Shown here piece by piece: positions 57,700 to 64,000 of a stretch of DNA of 64,000 bases. A program made the position numbers and the translations under genes. The stretch comes from Lama guanicoe (Eukaryota), in the NCBI GenBank assembly GCA_013239625.1, contig MU055783.1:17342991-17406990 (forward strand), read 5' to 3'. Numbering within the stretch: position 1 is the stretch's first letter; each line of letters starts with the position of its first letter. Below the pieces are notes generated by a model. The model searched no databases and had not been told where the DNA came from. It saw only the letters and a list, made by a program, of their open reading frames with translations.

Positions 57700-57950
57700 A
57701 GTGGAGTGCTTTAGAGCTCGGGAAGTGGCTGCCTGGTTCAAATCCCAGCTCCGCCCCTTACTCTAATCTGTGTGACCTTAGGCCAATGACTGTATCTTTC
57801 TGTTTTGTTTCTCTGTCTGTAAAATGGAGGTGTTGACAGGGTTGTTATACGGAATGAATTAATTAAGCCATAAAAATGCTCATAGTACAGAGCCTTATAC
57901 ACAGTAAGCATTTGGTCAGTGTTAACTGCTGTTATCGTCATTATTCATAT
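57700..57950 (+). mobile_element. MIR SINE
   Basis: cctggttcaaatcccagctccgcc..ctgtgtgaccttagg..ctgtaaaatggag..cacagtaagcatt. Confidence 0.8.
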
Positions 57951-59849
57951 TATTCTTCTTATTATTAGTGGCACATATCACGTTAGAATGGATGATGGAT
58001 GAACGTTTATTTGTAGAAGGGGAAACAGAGGCCTCAGCGGGTCAGTGGGACTGTCGGTGAGCTCGGCTTCCCCACCCAGCTCTCTCTCTGTGCCTCCTGG
58101 CTCAGGTGAGACGGCCCCTCCAAGGCGGCACAGTGATGGCAGGGTTTTTCTTGTGTCCTGTGCTGCCTTCCACTACCGAGCACCCAACTGTCCAAACCCA
58201 GTCCTGCTATTCACACTAAATAGGTTTGGGAGACTAGCCTTTGTGCAAAGATCTGTAAATCCCTTTGGGGCGGCAGACAGGTCATTTCATTGGTGAGAAT
58301 GATATGTTCCTGCTCATGCAATGGACAAGGTGTTCGAAGCCATGTGGAGGGTGTGGCTGGTGGGCTCCGTGGTCCTGTTCCACCCCTCCAACAGTGCCCA
58401 CCCCCCTGCTAGTCCAATCTATTATGCAAGGCTGGCCACTTCTCTTGGAAGGCATCTGACAGAAGAAGCTATAGGTTTATCTGGGGTCCAGTCAGTGACA
58501 GACAAAGCCAATTTGGAGCTGCCGTGCATGGTGACGTACACGTGCCATGCCTGTCCTCATCCTTCACTTGCAGTCTATTTTGGAGAGTCTGGCCCCGATT
58601 TCCACTCTCTTCCTTGGCTTCTGCTGTCCAGATTCCAGCAGGCTGCCAGCAGGAAGCTTTAGGACGCTCCCACTGCTGTCCATTCCTTCCTTCTCCTCCC
58701 TCCTGTTGGCCTCTCCTGCCTGCTCTGTCCACCCACCTCTGCTGGCTTCTCCGTGTAAGGCATCGCCCCTCACCCTCCAGCTCCCAGGTGTGGGCCTGCT
58801 CTTCTTGGCACCCTTTCGCATCTCCTGTCCTGCGACTTGTTCCTAAATCGAGGCTTATACCTGCTGAGAGCAGGGTTTCCTTTATCCCAGTGCCATCGCT
58901 CTTTCTTCCCCAAATGCTTTTATTAGAGAGAGTAGGTTATTGCTGAGACCCTGTCAGCCTTATTTCAGCCACTCCCAGCTTTCAGAGAAGTTGGGGAGCC
59001 TGGCCCTTGGAGGGATCACGAATGGGAGCTGGCCATTGGCTGTGGCCTTGGGGCAAGGAAGTCTGGTGCCTGCCTGGCTCATCCACGGAGGCTGAGAGCC
59101 TCATTTAGGTTTTCCAGTGGGACCTCGTTAACATAGCCAATGACAGGAGGCTGGGTGGTCTGAGTCGCCCCTGGGTTTTTAGTCTCCAGGAGCTCCGGTG
59201 TTCCTGGCGTTATGTGGCATGTCTGTGACTTTAATTTCCTTTTTAATTTCTGTTGAAAGGAAGAAAGAACACTGTCAAGCTATGATCTGTAAAGCACCTA
59301 TGTTGCAAGACCAGTGGTGTCTTGAATGACTGAGTAATTTGAACATGTGCAGCCACCCAGGGTGAAACCACTGTTGAGTGGGTCGAGGTCCTGTGAGCTC
59401 GAATCTGTAAACAAAATTGTGCAGGATCAGCCTGGAGGAAAAGTCACCAGATGTGAGCGGTGGTCATCTCCGGTGCTGGCTCAGTGAGGACGTCTCATTT
59501 TTTTTTTCCCACTGAGCACATTACTTTCATATTCAAAAGAAAGATACACATTAAAAAATAAATAACATCCACACTCCTGAACACTTGATCCTGTGATATC
59601 TCAATAAAGAAGACTGGAAATAGGGCTGGTTTTGAAGATGATTTTTATTTTATTTTTATGTATATTAAGAAAATATTAATACAATAATACTGCAGGTTTG
59701 CATTGGAGTTTGGGATTGGCTAAACGAGGGTTTAAAAGAATATCAGTTACAAATAGTTTATTATGAAAATTAGAATCAGAAAATAAAACAGTACTAGAGA
59801 GGAAGGGAGTTTTGTGTACATTTTTGAATGTATGCTGTAGTGCTGTTTA

Positions 59850-60020
59850 ACCCTGGGCTGGTTCCTTGATCTCTCTGTGCCTTATTGTCCCATCTATAAA
59901 ATGGCATAAAATGTACTGGCCCATAAGGTTATTCTTAGAATGAAATGAATTAATGTTTGTGAAACTCATAGAACAGGGCTGGAACACAGCAACTACTCAA
60001 TAAATGTTGGCAGCTGCTGG
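59850..60020 (+). mobile_element. MIR SINE
   Basis: ctctctgtgccttattgtcccatctataaaatgg..tagaacagggctggaacacag..ctcaataaatgttggc. Confidence 0.75.
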
Positions 60021-61369
60021 GTTACCGTTGTGGTATTTAGACTTCTGATTACAGGTTGTGTCTCCATTTCAGAAGCGGCAGCAGTGGTAAAGTTGCAATA
60101 GTGAATTAGCCAATACAGATAGAGTTCTGACCACATCTGAGCCACCATGCTTAGCTTTCTACTTTGATGATCTCGTTTGGTCCTCATATCTACTTTGTAC
60201 CATTTGCCCTGTTACTCTCTTCATCTTAAAGGTTAGGGTGCAGGGGCTCAGGGAGGTTAAATAACCTGCCCAAGATCACACAGCGTATAAGAATTTGACC
60301 TTAACTTGAGAGCTCACGCTCTGAATCACCATGTTCCATTACATTGTCTTATATTTTGTGTTCTCCTATAGGTGCCTGAGGTACAGTTTTTGCTTACTCT
60401 GTCATTTGTTCTGTGGGTCCGAGGTCCTCTAGTTGATTTTAATGCCTTTCCAAAGGGATATGCCAGGAATTTCTCCCACTGTGTCCCCAAAGCGAGACCA
60501 AGCCACCTCCTGGTGTATATCCCTTTGGGGGAGGCAGGAGCTACCACACAGCCACTGATCTGAGGCATCTGGCCGCAGGATGGTCCTACTTCGAATGCTG
60601 TGAATTGATGGCAGAGGGCTTTGAGAAATGTAAAGCAATTACATGGCTTGCAGTTAAACTCAGAATGAGACTTATAAGTTGGATAATTAATTTCCTGTTT
60701 GTAGCACAGTGTCTAGACAAACAGTTCATCAGCATCTGTGTAAATACCCACCCAAAAGTGGTCAAGGACCAGTGAGAGGGGGCGCCTCTGCCTCCTGTTA
60801 GCTGAAGAATGTTGGTGCATCTCACTCATTTAAGAACGACTTATACCCTGCCTGGCTCTGTGCTGGGTGCTTCCACAAATACCTATCAAGTGCATGCATG
60901 TTCCCGCGGGGCCCTTGAATACAGATGCCAGAGGGCTCTAAGAAAGGGCTGTAGAAGCCTGTGGGCCACAGAAATTGGACTTTATCCCAAGAGCAGGGGA
61001 ACCCAAAGGGCACGATCAAATTGGCACCCTGTGTTTGCAGGGTGGAGCAGTGATAGGCGGACACCAAGATTCATACAGAGACCCTGGCTGGGAGGCCACC
61101 TCTGTAATCCAAATGGAGGCTCTTGGTGGTCTGCCCTGTAGACGGAGGGAGTGGACAGACTGGAGAGAGGTTAGGGAGACGGAAGTAATAGCAGATTTGA
61201 TGTTTGTGGGGAAGAGAGGGAATTGGACCCTGTATCCAGCTTGAGAGATTTAATGGATCTTCCCAGATAAAACTGTCCAGGTTATCATGTGAGAAGGAAG
61301 AGGGGTTAATTTAGAAGGGTAGGTAGCATTAGTTCTCTGCCTACTTTGAGCAGAAAGAAAACAACCCTT

Positions 61370-61500
61370 CATCTATGTATCTATCTATCTTATCTGTCTG
61401 TCTGTCTGTCTTTCTATCTGTATTGTTCACTGCTGTATCCCAACCCCCTAGAACAGTGCCTGGAACATAGGAGGCGCTCAGTAAATATTTGCTGATTGGA
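61370..61500 (+). mobile_element. L2 3' end preceded by a (TCTA/TCTG)n tract
   Basis: ttgttcactgctgtatccc..cctagaacagtgcctggaacataggaggcgctcagtaaatatttgctga. Confidence 0.85.
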
Positions 61501-63602
61501 CAATGATAGTAATGGCTAACTTTGATCGGCTGAGACCCTGCGCTCACAGTTCCCTGTGTAGTGGGAAGACAGGCAGCGAGCAAGCAATGTTGTGTGTGAT
61601 GATTCGTGTAAGGAAATGTGTAGAGCAGGGTGTGAACAAGCTCGGTTCCCTGAGGAAGGGGCATTCAGCTGAGGCCTGAAGGGTGAGTAGGAGTCTGAAG
61701 AGAAGAGAAGTTTTCCAGGTGGAGGGAACAGCACACGTGCGGTAGGAGGTGAAGAGGACGCGGCCTACAGGGTAGGACCGAGGTGTGCAAACCGGGAGCG
61801 TGGAGAGACCGGTCTGGGAAGGGCTCCTGGGCCCGGTGGCGCAGGGGGAGGCTGGCCTTAGACCTAGATCCTCGGGGGAGTGGGAGGCTCTTAGAGGGTT
61901 TGAAGGGCAGTTGAAGACAGGAGACAGAAGGCTGGAGGCAGCCCCCTTGCCCAGATGAAGTCAAAATGCCTCTCAGGCAGGCTTGTTCTCCCATCCAGGG
62001 CGGCCCTGAGCCTGCGCTGTGACATGTCCCGGCTGTCCTCTTCAGATGCCTCCAGCTCCCCTGTTGTTCTCAGCGTCTCAGCCCCGATCGAGTGCCTGCT
62101 CAGGCCTGACACTGCCTCCTTCGCTCAGTGGCTGGATCAGGAGCCTTGATCATTGTCATGCCCACCGGGCAGTGGTGGAGCCCAGCTTAGAGGCTCACCC
62201 AGGTTCACTGTCGTGGGTGGTGTCAGAGCTGAGTGCAAGTGCCCTCTGTCCCTTTCATGGCCCGGCTCTCCCTCTCCCAGGATTGCAGGGTCCTCACCCT
62301 GCCCTGTGCTGGTGCCCAGTGGTCCCAGACTTCCACTGGAATCCATACTTGCCAGTCCCAGCTCACTCGAGTGGTGGGAGACCAGAAGAGAAGCCCTTCC
62401 CACCTTAGAAGGAGCTCAGGAGGCTCTGAGCGATTCCCTGTCCCCCGGGCTCTCACCCACCACCGTTAGTCCATGGTTCAAGGTGGGTCTCGCCTTTCAA
62501 CACAAGTAAATTGCAAATAGGGAGACTCGGAGCAATAGCAGATGCATTGAGAGCTAGTTCAGGGCACAGGACCTCTTTCTATATGAGAATAACCTGCCTC
62601 ACTGTCTTCTCAAAGGTGGGGACGTTGGCCTTTACACGAGGTGAGTTTGTCATAAGAACTGGGGGCCGAGCTGCCCAGCGGGGGCCCTGCATTGTCTTGG
62701 GGTCTGCGAATTTATAAAACAGCTACTTTTAAAGTTGCTTTGGGGTGGAGGGCGTTATACCAAAGCAAGAGATGGTTCCTAACTGCATTTCTGTGATTAT
62801 TTCTATGAATGATAATACTGTTCCTGTTTTGGGGAATGATCGGCCTTTTTTTCCTCGTTCTCTTTTTTTTTAATTGTGGAAAAACACGCATAGAATTTAC
62901 CGCCTTTATCATTTTTGAGTGTGCCGTGCAACACTAAGTACATTCACGTTGTCTTGACGATTATTTGCCTTTTGAAGTCCAGAAAAGAATGTCTGGGTCT
63001 GTTTTGTCCAGGGAGGTAAAAGCGAGCATAGAGCGTCACTTCCGTGACTGCTGCTAACATTCGGATGGTTGATTCCAGTTTGCACAGTCTGTCCCACATC
63101 TTGCTTCCGTGAACCAATCTAGGGACTGGGGTGGGCGGATGAAGGGCCAAAGGAGGTGGAGGCTTCGAGCATGTTCTGGTGCCATCTAGTGTCTGTGGGG
63201 CCTTGTGCCCACCCGGCTAAGGCTGTTGGGTTTCCTCCCCAGCTTCCGTCAGGTGGCAGCTCTATAAACCCACATGGCTTTAAAAGAGCACCAAGGAGAT
63301 GTTTGTCTTTTTAGATCAGCTGGTATTTTTTTCCGGCTCTGATCTCTTGGAAACTTACAAGTGAAATCTGTTTCATTAACAGTCGGAACAACTTGTCCCT
63401 TGAAGCTCAGACAGGGTGAGATTAATATGAACCCAATATTAAGCCATTAAGCATCAATTTGGCAAACCTATTTATAAAGGAGTGCTGAAGACAGAAAATA
63501 AAGAAGGCTGCATTATGGGGCTCTGTTGCCAAGTCCTCTCTCTCTCTCTTTCTCTTTGGAAAATGTGACTAAGGTGCCAGTTTTTTTGTGGGAGAGAAGG
63601 GA

Positions 63603-63609
<7 letters not shown>

Positions 63610-63634
<25 letters not shown>

Positions 63635-63635
63635 T
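63610..63635. repeat. (GT)n microsatellite
   Basis: Seen directly. Confidence 0.9.
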
Positions 63636-63759
63636 GCACACGCACGCATCCATCTGCACATGCCTGCGTGGGTAAACATGTGCTCGATCATGTCTGGTTA
63701 TTCTTAATGGTAGTAATAAGAGGAATAATGCAGTGTAGCCAGACTCATATAATGTTATG

Positions 63760-63920
63760 TCTGTGCCCAGTGCTATTCTAAACATTTTATATTTAAAATT
63801 ATTTAATCTTGATGACAATCCGAAAGGTGTAGGTGTGATTATCTCCCCATTTTATAGATGAGAAAGCTGAGGCACAGAATGGTTAAGTAATTTGGCAGAA
63901 GTCACCAAGTCAGAGCGAAT
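63760..63920 (-). mobile_element. MIR SINE
   Basis: ccccattttatagatgagaaagctgaggcacagaatggttaagtaatttg. Confidence 0.8.
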
Positions 63921-64000
63921 GTTCTGTGATGGAGACATTTCTTAGAAACACGCGCATTTGAGTTAGGGTGCCAGGCGGTGGTGGGTTCCCCTTGCTGCCC

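Noticed and set aside
60768-60788. CTCF-like AGGGGGCGCC
   Set aside because: Only the 3' half of the core matches.
1-64000. Prokaryote-style systems (CRISPR array, operon, prophage), processed pseudogene, NUMT or endogenous viral ORF
   Set aside because: I saw no regularly spaced repeat-spacer array, no long intact ORF and no recognisable mitochondrial or viral protein; the remaining short ORFs look like chance frames in intron and repeat DNA. A BLASTX of repeat-masked sequence is needed to exclude faint fossils.

Overview
Mammalian genomic DNA from a draft assembly (five N-gaps). It is probably a camelid: there is one tRNA-Ala-derived SINE resembling Vic-1 and several cetartiodactyl-type L1 3' ends, and I recognised no Alu, B1, Bov or PRE SINEs. 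The window lies inside LDLRAD3 on the + strand. It holds two internal coding exons, 21436-21561 (LDL-receptor class A repeat 2) and 35338-35472 (LDLa repeat 3). The supplied ORF track shows neither in its true frame. The rest is intron, dense with MIR, L2, L1, MaLR/ERVL LTRs and hAT/Tigger fossils, many of them nested. Repeat subfamily names are from memory of consensus sequences and need RepeatMasker confirmation; boundaries are approximate unless a TSD or TIR is quoted. I found no convincing novel multi-gene system. Best leads: a chimeric L1 3'-end insertion with a fold-back 5' junction (~49.0-49.3 kb), a possible L1 3' transduction splitting a MIR (~50.9-53.8 kb), a NAGNAG acceptor and QKI motif at the second exon, several hairpins, and some motif-dense non-repeat enhancer candidates.
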